Positions 39,459 to 50,757 of a stretch of DNA of 64,000 bases are shown piece after piece. Location of the stretch: contig JALDZX010000013.1 of assembly GCA_022813865.1 (NCBI GenBank), positions 1-64,000 of the forward strand, given 5' to 3'. Under the pieces are notes generated by a model, which worked only from the letters and a program-made list of their open reading frames with translations, was not told where the DNA came from and did no database searches. This stretch comes from Xylographa opegraphella (Eukaryota). The stretch's first letter is position 1; each line of letters begins with the position of its first letter. A program made the translations under genes and the position numbers.

Positions 39459-42400
39459 ATGGCCTTCCTTTTCGGGGCTCATCACACCAAGCACCATGAG
39501 GCCAAAGATGCCCAGTCTGTCTTTCACGGCGATGCTGAGTTGCATGACCAACGCCCTGGAGCCATGAAATGGTTCCAGAATCTTGGCTCGGACATTCCGG
39601 CAGCTTTACGTCTTGCTGCTGGGAAATTTGGCGTATTGCATTTCCCTTGAACACTTGTGTTCCCTGTCCATTGCTGATTCGGAGATATGCTTTAATAGGC
39701 AGAAGCAGCAGTAGCGGAATGTGCTAGGCTACCCTTGAATGACCCGTTAAGCAAATACTTGACTGGACAGTCGGTGAATACTCTTTGGGGCTCCTTGTTA
39801 CATCCGCCCCTGAGCTATCGGGGGAATCTTTTACAGTATCGTACGGCCGATGGGAGTGCAAACGTGGGTTTCTTTAGATAACGAGATTTTCCGAGTACTT
39901 ACGCTATCACCATTAGAGCTTTCTACACCCTCAGCTAGGAAAAGCCGGAGAACCGTATGCAAAGTCTGTTCCTGCCGAAGTAGCTGTGCAAGGTGCCCGT
40001 CCAGATCCGGGCGATTTGTTTGATCTCCTGATGGCACCCCAGGGCGACGGCAAGCGATCGACCAGTGACCTAGGAATTTCTTCCATGCTGCTCTATCATG
40101 CTACAATCATCATTCATGATATCTTCAGGTCCAACAAAGATGATAAGAACCTTTCCGATACCTCTTCATACCTGGACTTGACTCCCCTATATGGGCGCAG
40201 TCGGATACACCAGGAAGCCGTTCGTCAGATGAAGGACGGTCTTTTGAAGCCAGACAGTTTCGCCGAAGAGCGTCTTCTACACCAACCGCCGGGTGTGTGC
40301 ATCTACCTGATCATGTACAGTCGATTCCATAACTACGTCGCACAACAACTGAAGGCCATCAACGAGAATGGCAAGTTCTCATTACCACCTAAGTTTAACG
40401 AACTGTCCAAGAAGGACCAAGAGGAAGCGGAGAAGAAGGTTGACGAGGACCTGTTTCAGACAGCTAGACTGTATGTAAAATCGCTTACGATGCCGAATTC
40501 ATTATTAACAACTTATGCAGTATCACATGCGGGCTCTACATCAACATCTCGATTCATGACTATCTTAGAGTTCTGATGAGGCTTCACGCCAAAGATACGC
40601 CATGGACGCTTGATCCACGCATTGAGATTCCCGAAGCGAACAACAAAGAAGGTATTCAACGGGGCATAGGAAACCAAGTCTCCTGTGAATTCAATATGCT
40701 TTACCGCTTCCACAGTCCAATCTCAAACCGAGATTCGAAATGGACGGATGATTTCCTCAGGAAGAGCTTTGCACCTTTGGTCGAGGCAAAGAAGTTGACA
40801 CCCGAGCAGCTAGAGGACCTTGACATACCCGTTGAGCTGATGAGGATAGCGATAGGAGATCAAAATAACAGTGCTGCAAAAGCCGAGAAGAAGGCAATGG
40901 ATGGTGCACAGCCTGACAGCGCAGCGAAGCCTCTTCCATTTATGCCAGAAGGTCTGGGGTTCGTAAGAAGGGACCCCAAGACTGGGAAACCCGTCGACCA
41001 ATTCCCTTTCGCGCGAGACCCGGAGACTGGAAAATTCAACGATGAACAGTTGGTCAAAGAAATGGTGAACGTTCTCAATGACCCAATTTGCAACTTTGGG
41101 CCGCAGAACACGCCGAGGGCATTCAAGGCTATTGAGATCATGGGTATCCTTCAAGCTCGAAAGTGGGAACTAGCAACACTTAATGAATTCCGTGGGTTCT
41201 TTGGACTCCCTAAGCATACTCGTTTTGAAGACATCAATGGCGATAAGAAGGTCCAGGATGCACTTCGTGACCTTTATCGTGATCCAGACATGGTCGAACT
41301 GTATCCAGGCTTGTTTTGCGAAGGCGGCGGAGACTACGATCCAAAGACTGGGAAGAGCAGCAAGTTGGATCCCGGAACCAGCTGTCCCGGTGGTCGTGGC
41401 ACCGCTCTCTGGAGGGGCGTTTTCTCGGACGCGATCACGCTTGTCCGGTCCGATCGCTTCTATACTATTGACTGGAATGTTGCATCACTAACCGCGTGGG
41501 GCATGAAAGAAGTCACATCTGACCCTGATATTCTCAAGGGATCAGTATTCCATAGATTATGGCAGCGTGCCTTTCCAGGTCATTTCAAGTACAACTCGGT
41601 AATGCTTTGGCAGCCTTTCTACACCCCGAGGAAGAATCTTGAAATAGCTGCGATCCAGTCGAACTATCTCGAACAGTTAGCGGAGAGGAAAGCAGAGCTG
41701 GTGCCCAATCCGGATGATCCTGATCACGTGTGGATGTGGAAGAATGAAAGCTATCCGGCTAAGCAACCGGACCCCATAGTTATTACCGATTATAAGACTA
41801 TCTTTGACATTGTTCAGGGCGAACACAGCAAGCTTTTTGCCAACCCAGGAGTGCTAGACTCTAAGGCTATACCTGGAAAGGCTCTCCAACAGGTAATGAG
41901 CGCTGACGGATCTCTTGGAGATTTGTCCGAAGTGCTCGGCAATCTTGTAAATGAGAAGGAGCAAGGCTTAATCCTGGACTACTTCTATGATATGTCAAAG
42001 ACAATTACATTACGTGAGCGACGTCAGATGCAAAAGCGCAAGTCCGGTGAGGATTATGTGTATCAGATTGACATTATCAAGGATTATGCTGTTCCAGTCA
42101 TAACAAGATTCGTGGCAGATTTCCTCGGATTCGGCCATGAAATCAAAACAGAAGAACACATGGACCGAAAGTACGACGAGAATCAGATCTACAAGGACTT
42201 TACCCACTGCCACGACTTCTTAACCTTCAATGCCGATGATACCACGGCGTGGAAGCGCCGAGTGGAGTTTACCAAGTCAATGAAGTTTCTTAAGGAGCTC
42301 ACCGAGCATGCTGTTGACCAAGCGCAGCCAGGATTGTTCGAGCCTCTCTTTGGTGAGCGATCTTACGGAATTGCACAAGATGGTGATCATGTCAAACATG

Positions 42401-43423
42401 TGAGAAGATTCGGTGTGAAGATGGCGCAGTACTTGGTAAAGGAAAAACGTAAGAGCAAGGAAGAGGCCGCTGCAATACTGTTGTACACGGCTATTGATGC
42501 GACCTACAAGAGCATTCTTTTAGTAAGTTGTACCCCTGCGGTATATCGTCACACCTACTCACAACTTCTAGTTCGCCAATGTTCTCTCCTACTTCCTTGA
42601 ACAATCTAATGTCAAGCACTGGACTGCGATACAGCAACTTGCAACCCGGAAGGTTAAGACGCCTAAAGAGTACAAGGCTGTGAATGACGAGCTTATGAGA
42701 TATGTCATGGAGGCGCAACGAATTAATGCCGATTTCTGGATCGTCCGTACCTTCAGGCCAGCCGGACATACACGCTCACTGAATGTAAAGGCTGTTGGTG
42801 CAGATGGGAAGACACACGAGACAACCTTACGTGGAAGCGAGCAACTTGTTCTCAAAGTGGTGCGTAATCTTCAGATGACAGAAACCCTTCCATCCCTATG
42901 ACCACTAAACTCGTATCTAATCCCTCCACAGAAAGCCGCATCCCAAAACGCCCACATCTTCCACAAACCCCACGACGTGCATCTCCACCGCGAATTGCAC
43001 AAGTACCTCTACTACGGCTCCGACCCGCACTCCAAATTCACCCCCCCCAAACTCACCATCCTTGCCATCACCGGCATGATCAAGTACGCCGCGAAACTCC
43101 GCTTCCTCCGTCTCGCGCACGATACCGCTGGCCGGCTCAAAACGGCCGCTACGCCGGATGGATGGGGCGAGCGATATCTCTCGCCGCAGTGGGATCAGTT
43201 ATTGCCCTTCCCTACGACGTGGAATCTGAGGTTCGATGGGCCGGAGGAGGGAACGGGGGTTTATGATGGACCGGACAATTCGAAGACGGGCAACAGCAGC
43301 AGTCAGATGTTTTCGTTGGACAAGCTGAGTGCGGTTGGGGGCACGCTGAAGGTGTTCAGCGAGGAGTTACACACGGTGGTGAATGGGAGTGTCAATGGGT
43401 ATGCTATGAGCCATGAATATTAG
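39459..43423 (+). CDS. Heme-peroxidase-family fatty-acid dioxygenase fused to a degenerate P450-like domain (Ppo / linoleate diol synthase-like)
   Basis: LLHPPLSYRG, YRTADGS, ATIIIHDIF (distal His), SSYLDLTPLYG, GNQVSCEFNMLYRFHS (Tyr radical and proximal His), LNEFRGFFGL, VELYPG, DAITLVRSDRF; C-terminal RYVMEAQR and YGSDPHSK. Confidence 0.9.
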
Positions 43424-43783
43424 GGTGGAGGACAATGTATAAATAGTTGGTTGGTGCAGATGTCAGGGTTTTCTGGGAAGTTTGCGGAATTGGGATTGAG
43501 AGGGTATTTGTTTACGTTGGGATTTGGAGTATTGAATGGCGTGGCTCGGGGGAGGGGGGCTCCTGACTAGCTAGCTAGCTACCCTGGAGAGTGCTTCTCA
43601 CTTGATATCATGATAGTTCTTTTTCACTGGTTGAGATTAGTCTATTAGACTCGATAGAAATATTCAAACAAGTAGTTTGCCGTCAACAATGTTGCGTCAA
43701 AAACAATTGGTTTTCCTCGACGTGCTATTGCCTGCCGCCTAGAACATTGGTTTCCCGGAGGTCATTCAGCGAAATGTCGATTA

Positions 43784-43821
43784 CTTGATCCGAGCCGTAA
43801 CTTCTTGACCCGAGCCGTAAC
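43784..43821. repeat. Short direct repeat CTTGA(T/C)CCGAGCCGTAAC x2
   Basis: Copies at 43784-43801 and 43804-43821, read directly. Confidence 0.7.
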
Positions 43822-43871
43822 GACTCTGAGTCTTGACCCCTAACGATAACTATCCGGCATATACTTCAACA

Positions 43872-44818
43872 ATGTTCAACACCAAAGACACTTTTCATTG
43901 ATCGGTCATGACGCCCCGCGTCTTCCAAGGGTGTCCAAGATGCGTTTAAGGCTGATATGCGCAATATCTCTGCCGAAGCAGATATGCTGGACCAATTTGA
44001 CTTTCATCCGAAGCTGCGCCTTTCCAAGATCATCAAAGACGCCTTCGCGCAGCCCAGCGGCGGAGTCCGAAAATCGTACAGCAAGGACTTCATCTCCTGT
44101 GGCACCTTTGTTCGTCGAGACCGGGAAGGCTTACGATCACGATAGCCATAAGTTGATCCCGTTGCTCCCGTGGACGAAGGAGTTCGACTCGCTTCACAAA
44201 TGCCTTCACGGTGCCGAAAGCTACCGCAGCGTCATGGGAGCCCTATCGATTTGTGGACAGCTTGCAGGCTTCGAGCGAGCACTGGTACTTGCCTTCGTAA
44301 ATCAGTGCAACCTCGCCGCCTTGTCTGCCACGGCCTTGGCGGATCGTGTCTGCCGAGATTTCGTATGCGCTGCCAACAGCGCTCTGGTTTCCCTACGCGA
44401 AACCCTCGACGCAGATGACGAGATGAGAGCTGTCAGCATCCTCCCCTCCGCGACAGCGGTCTAGATCGAACACTGCAGTGAGCATCTTCTCGCCTTCCGG
44501 GCGATGAATTCAGTCCTGCGAGGACCAATTCAAGACTCGTTTACTAGCAACTGGGGTCACGGGCGTAATCGGCAGATATCGACTAGCACGGCTTCAGCTT
44601 GGTCTGGAGACGGCGGCTTCAGGAACTTGGTCACGATGCGGATACGCGGTGGCTCGAAAGGCCCCAAGGGGCTTCAGGAACATGGTTAACTACGGTCGCA
44701 GCCTCGCCTAGGCGAAGCGAAGTCTGCTGAGAAGATCTGGGAGGCCATGGGGGAGGCGCTCGCTCGGAGTGGGAAGGGGATGGTGAATAGTTATGATATT
44801 GATTTCAGCGTGCATTGA
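43872..44818 (+). pseudogene. Probable disrupted gene of unknown family
   Basis: Protein-like ORF pieces in shifting frames; ORF 43898-44464 continues in frame past one TAG into ORF 44504-44689. Confidence 0.45.
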
Positions 44819-46025
44819 GTGATGGGCTTGTACAATTGTCGATTGAATGTAAACAAGTTCTTTAGCGGTATAGTCAGGCTTGTCGCGAGATTATACCAAC
44901 TCAAATATACGGTTAAGATGCAGCCTTAGCATATCGAAGCAAATCAAGAACAACTGCTTTGAGTTTCATTCCAAGAATTCGGTGAGCGCCATTCAATCCC
45001 CCCTTACGAAGCCTAGTCCCCTGCGCGTAAGCCTGGACTCAATACTATGAATGGCAGCGATGGTGGCCATCTTTTCCTTACCGGCCTTTCCGTTGTGATT
45101 GACATTGACGTTTCAGCAGCGACTTTATCGAGAAAGCGCAGAAGAAAGGCGACGATTTTCAATCAGTTCATCCGCACGTCTTGCTGTTCTCACTATAATC
45201 CCAGGACGCTGTATATCTATATATCTGCGTATTATTCCGGCCCGAAACTTGAGGTTCGGGATCGGCGTCGGAATTGGTGTTTTGGTCCGGGAGATAGTCT
45301 ATAGCTGTTTGGTAGGCAGCATCGAACAAGAACGGGCCAGGCAACAAGAGTATGACACAACGTTGCAGTAACCGAATACCCAGACCGGCTTCCCTGTCTC
45401 TTCCTCGACTGCTCGTTCTTTGCATGCAGCGACGAGTTGCCAACCCCGCTTAACCCACGCGGAAATCGTATTCAAACAAAAAATCTAAATCGGGATTGCG
45501 GGGAACGCCGTATTCGTTAAGCTCGCTAAGAGTCTCACGTGATACCGCTACACCGACTTATCAGGGCAACTCTTTCCGCATCGGGACTCGCTAACCGAAT
45601 ATAAACACGAGGCTGGGGCTGAAATCAATAAAACCCCCAACCATCACGAGGGGGGCTGGAAATGGCGGTCAGTCGACCAGGCGATGGAGACGTGCGAGAA
45701 GGACGCCAAGGCTTACGGTTTTTGGTTTGGTGGCGACCTACTACTACTGTGTAGGTAGGCACTGCATACGGATACGACCGAGTCCAAGCAAATCCGGTGA
45801 GGCTGGAGCACCAACCACCGCCCATGGTCCCGTCGCCGAGCCGACGGCGCAGTCAGCTCTTCTGAATTGATGGAGGAGGTATATATCAAGGCGGCTTTTG
45901 CTCGCTGCTGCGGTTTCCATTTGAAAGCATCCATCCATCCATTCACTCGATCGATATAGCAACCCAAGACCCCAATCGCACGCCTCTTAAAAAGTACCTC
46001 GCCCGTCCAAAGCCCAAACCCCAGT

Positions 46026-46563
46026 ATGAGACTCAGTACCACATCCCTCTTCGCCCTCGCCGCCGCCCTCGCCCACGCGGCTCCCGCGCCCCTCCCCGTG
46101 CCTCAAGCGCCGACCTGCAACCCGAACGCACATGGCCGCTCCTGCAGCGCGACTCTGTACGGCGCCGCCGGCCAGCAGCAGACCATCAGCGTGGAAATCA
46201 ACCTGCAGGCGGACCCCATCGGTATGCTTTTCTCCACCCCAGCCCCTCCGCGGGTCAAAAAACCCTCGCTTCCATTTTCACCAAATCCAATAATCAACCT
46301 CCCCTTTGCACTTGCGCCATAACCAGTTCTGCAAAATATGATGATTACGACTTACCCGCTGATCATTGATTGATTGGGTTTTAGATGTCCCCTTCTCCGT
46401 CTCCCGCATCGAGAACCTCGATACCTTGAGCACGGGTAATTACGAGTACTGGACCTTCTACGGTGTAGACGGCTCTGTCACGAGGGTCGCGCCGGGCCAG
46501 ACGACCGATGTGGGGCCGCCGCAGGTGCAAACGCAGGCGTACTGCAACATTCAGTGTCCGTGA
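46026..46563 (+). CDS. Small secreted cysteine-containing protein (2 exons, about 120 aa)
   Basis: Signal peptide MRLSTTSLFALAAALAHA; intron about 46222-46385 (GTATGC...TAG); exon 2 contains WTFYGVDGS...DVGPPQVQTQAYCNIQCP*; TATA-like TATATA at about 45880. Confidence 0.82.
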
Positions 46564-46608
46564 GGGGAGGTGTGGACGGGTGGGTGAGGGGGTTTGAGGG
46601 AAGGGTAA

Positions 46609-46665
46609 GGGTTGGACAAAAGGCTGAGGGTTGGACAAAAGGGTGAGGGTTGGACAGAAGGGTGA
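46609..46665. repeat. 19-bp tandem repeat x3 (GGGTTGGACAAAAGG(C/G)TGA) in the 3' flank of the secreted-protein gene
   Basis: Read directly. Confidence 0.75.
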
Positions 46666-48145
46666 GGGAGGGCAAATAATAAGCGATTCACGTTAATGTT
46701 TATGGAAACGAAACCCTGGTCTTGGATCTGTGGATAATAATAGTATACTAGGACTGTAAGAATTTAATATCATACCACCAGTCTGCTATCACATAGGAGC
46801 ATTTCAGAACATGAGTTAATGTGTGAACCAGGCGCTCCATTAGCATCTGGTACTGACAAGCCCGGAAATGCTGTAGCAGGGTGCCGCAGTACTGCACATG
46901 GGCCGCTTCCGCTTCATGATTCGAGTTGTTGGGGCAACTGTCCAATCAGCGCTTAGCCGGCGCTTAGTTTAGGGTTTGACGGTTTTTTTCCTGTCGGTAA
47001 AAGGATGATGCACACTAGCGATTTGGTTCATGGCTCGCGGCACTTGGAAGTAAGTTGCAGGGCTTCTGCGCCAGTTAGTATTAACCGTACCTGGACCATC
47101 ATCTTATCGTACAGTTTGTAGTATATGAACTGCTTTCGCATAAGTTGATGCCTCGAGACAAGACAGTACCGCCGGGATGTACAGCCACCAAGATATGACT
47201 ACAATCTTGAGTGCGTCGAGTGTCCAGCTGGAGACTTACAGCTCCCTCTGTGCACGGGCGAGGGTTCGAGAAGTTGGGAGTCAAGTCAAGTATCGTTCAT
47301 AGGTACCACGACGTCGTCGTTATTGACCAGAGGATGAGTGAGATAAATAAACACGATGTGACGACATCAGAAACGGCGGCCGATGAATCCACATCCCAAC
47401 CGGTGAACCTCTACATCATTGGAATATTTCCCAGCAGAACGGAACAGGCGACCACCTCAACCGCGTCGACGGCTTCGACACCGATCAACACATGTGGCCT
47501 GCAGAGCGCCGACACCCTCATCGCTGAAGAGGGGGTTCCATAGGCTTACAAAGGGCATGAAGAACCCCCGCGCGTAAAGCTCGTGTTTGCGGCACTGGCT
47601 GGCCGGCATTGCGACAATTCTTCTGCCTGCAACCAATGTGTCGAAACCTCCATCGACGCAAAGGCGAGCCGTTCAACAAGCACGGCGGGCGCGACTCGAA
47701 GCTGTGGCGGGTAAGAAATTGTTCGTTCTCGTTCCCCATCCCTCAACACCTCGTACGGGAGTTGTGGAAATAACGATGGCGCATCAATGACTGAGGGCTT
47801 ATGTCAAAGGAGCGGCGGTCTCTTATGTAGGAGAACGGAGATATTGCACTAGGGAGCATACTCTCTATCACAAACAAAACGATGGAAGTAAACAATATAG
47901 TGGAATCCACGCCGAGAACGTTGTACAACGTCTCGCAAGAAATCATTATCGTTCTCTATTCCAGTGGCTGTGGCGCACCCGGGCCTTTTCCAGCAGCAGC
48001 CCTCGAGCCGCTATGCCACGTATAGTCCCGATATAGCACGTGGTCGTCAGAAGTCTATATGTACAGTGGAAAGGAACTCGCCGAAATATATATATAACCC
48101 CAACACCATACAAGTGAACACCATCGTATCGACAGACAAAAAGAC

Positions 48146-49945
48146 TCAGAAGCAGTCCATGGGGAAGACTGGTGCTTGGTACTGGCGCATAGCCGACGCC
48201 AGCGAAGTCCATCCTTTTTCCTCAGCCAGGTTGATCGCATTGGCAACCTTGGTATCCAAGAACCGTAATTCGTAGGGGTCGGCACCGTGATCGAAAATAT
48301 ACTTGCTGAGGCTTTCGTTGCCGCTGTCGATGGCGGCCTGGAGAGGCGAGGATGTGCCGTAGAAGCAGTTCGCGTTGACATCAGCGGTAAATGGCGGCGT
48401 GAGTAGGTGCTGCACGGTGGAAAAGTGCCCACCCCTCGCGGCAACTTCTAAAACAGTATGACCACACACATCGCGAATCGTAGTATCAGCTTTGGCTTGG
48501 AGGAGGGCAAGACACGCGTCGGCTTGGCCGTTCGCGCAGGCTAAGAAGAGCGCGGTACGATGGTATATATCTGGGGTATCAATGGCGATACCCGCCTGGA
48601 TATACTTGTTGAGAACAGCCATTGAGCCGTTTGCTGCAGCGATATGTATACCTTGTTGGTTCAATACATCCACATTGGAAATACTGGCTGTCGAGCTTGA
48701 AAGGACGGTAGAAGCGACGATGGGGTTCAGATGAAACAATGCGCGCTGAAGAGGGGGTATAGCGAGATTTGGCAGCACTTCCACCAGACCATATCGTCTC
48801 TGAAAGACATTTCCGAGAGAGTATCGGAGAGCATTAGATGTGGTCAGATAAGACAGCGCCAGTAGGTGGCAAGGATTTTGACCAACGGGGAACTTTAAAC
48901 TAGTGCTGATTCTGGCCAGCTTGGACAGAATATTTTCGGCTTCATATATAGCATTGGTTTTTTGGAAGAAGTTTGCGATCTTCAGTAACGCCAGGCGTTT
49001 GCGGTCATCGCACAATTCGGGGACTCTGTGCCACGCCAGAAGAAGTCGTGTATAGATCAAGCTGGCCTGGTCGGTCTGCTTCCTATTATCTGCCTCACAA
49101 CCGCACTGAGCGATGTAGAGGAAGAGAGTATGCAGCGTCTCTTTGATACCCAAGCAAAGTTCGTGTGGCTCGTTGTGTTCGTCGGTCCCGATATAGCTTT
49201 GAGTGCCCGACACTGTAAGTTGTACCAGGAAGTATTCCAGTATGACAATCAATCTGTTGAACCATTCAAGCCTGGATACAGTGCATCGTTAGTCTCTGAA
49301 TCGAAAGCATGTGCTGTTATAATAGGATGGGCAGGTAACCGAACAAGGCAGGAAGATCCCATGCCATTGGTCGAGTGTGTATACACTTTCCATATCATAT
49401 GGCCATCCTCGTGCCCATTTCTTTCTGGTGTGTCTTACTTTGTTAAAGCCTTAGCCCTAAGCTGTCCGTCATCGAGGTTTGCAATGCGACCTATTTCTTC
49501 AAAATCTTCTGCTCCATGCTCTAAGTTTTGGAATCTAGTGTGCACATTCGATCCAGCGAAGGGAAGGCCGCCCGCTAAATTTGATGCGGTCGGCGGTTGT
49601 TGCTGAATGTTTCTGCGTCTGATTGTCCGCTCACGAGGAGCCACCGTTCTGGGACCATCCCTTCGTGATTGTACAATAGGGTCATCGGTATGCCTGATAC
49701 TTGGACCGCAATCCTCATTGTGCGCGATACAGTACTTGCATTTCTCACGATTCCCTTCCCAATCCCTCTTCTCAGGATCGCACTGTGTCGTTGAACGTCA
49801 GACAATCGACCAGCAGCGGGGATAATTCGATCAGCGGCGATGACGTAGTCCGCCAAGCGCGATAACTGACCTTGACTTTCTTCTCTCGGCAGATGCTACA
49901 CTTATTCAACGAGCGTATCTTTGGCCTCAGTATCTCTTCGGTCAT
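48146..49945 (-). CDS. Zn(II)2Cys6-like domain fused to C-terminal ankyrin repeats (3 exons: about 49945-49871, 49782-49439, 49270-48146)
   Basis: Spliced N-terminus MTEEILRPKIRSLNKCSICREKKVK|CDPEKRDWEGNREKCKYCIAHNEDC gives CX2CX6CX13CX2CX6C; ankyrin repeats GIHIAAANG, RTALFLACANG, HTVLEVAARGGH, SPLQAAIDSG. Confidence 0.8.
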
Positions 49946-50757
49946 ACTGGCATTTTACTGACGATGGGAATTGATGAAAATGAAAGGATGAAGTTCAAAA
50001 CGTTCGAGTCATCGTCTCAAGGCCCTGAATCACAGTCTACGGATGTCTGGTGTGGCCATTTTTTGGTAAGTCGAAGTCTGCCTGTTGCGAACCGAAGGAG
50101 GCAAGCGAAAACGCCTTGCTGCCAAGCCGAGTATGCGAACGCTGCACATACGAAGGTATGAGAGGACGACCTCCCACAACGACCGTGTCTTCGTTTCGTG
50201 GTCTATACTAATCGTTTGAACGTACTGAAACCTTTTCGACTCGTGATAGCCCGCTGCTTTTCAATTTCCGGAGTGACTCTCCTCATTGTCTCCTTATTGT
50301 AAAGGCCGTGGTTGATTGTTGACTTTGTGCCACTCGCTAACGCCCGGCCTGCGCCACGCTTGGCATTTCGCTTCGCTTCGCTTCGCTTCCTGTTTGTAGA
50401 ATCGCACTATCTGATTGGCTCGCCTTCCTCGCATCACCTTTGTTGTCTTCGACTGTTACGTGAGAGTCACTACGTTTCCATTGAAGCTCCTTTACCTCTT
50501 ACACACATGGTCAATGGATCATCCAAGCCGTTTTCGCTAGCCGCACGGGCATGGGACCGGCCATAGCGAGTTGCGAAGGCTACGTGAGATTTATGCATTT
50601 GCTTGCCTTCTTGCATAGCTGGAATATCCTGGTCTACTATGGCTTAGATATATCACAGCCTATATAATCTCTGCGCCTTTGAAATGTAGGACTATCCTCT
50701 CCTGTTGATTATTGATGCCCTACTCTACCTGCAAGGCTTTCTACTGAACAACTTGGA

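Noticed and set aside
47211..47790. Ser/Thr-rich ORF that reads on past a TAG
   Set aside because: No recognisable homology; too weak to call a pseudogene.
50367..50390. (CTTCG)n microsatellite in the NLR / Zn2Cys6-ANK intergenic region
   Set aside because: Short simple repeat, common by chance.
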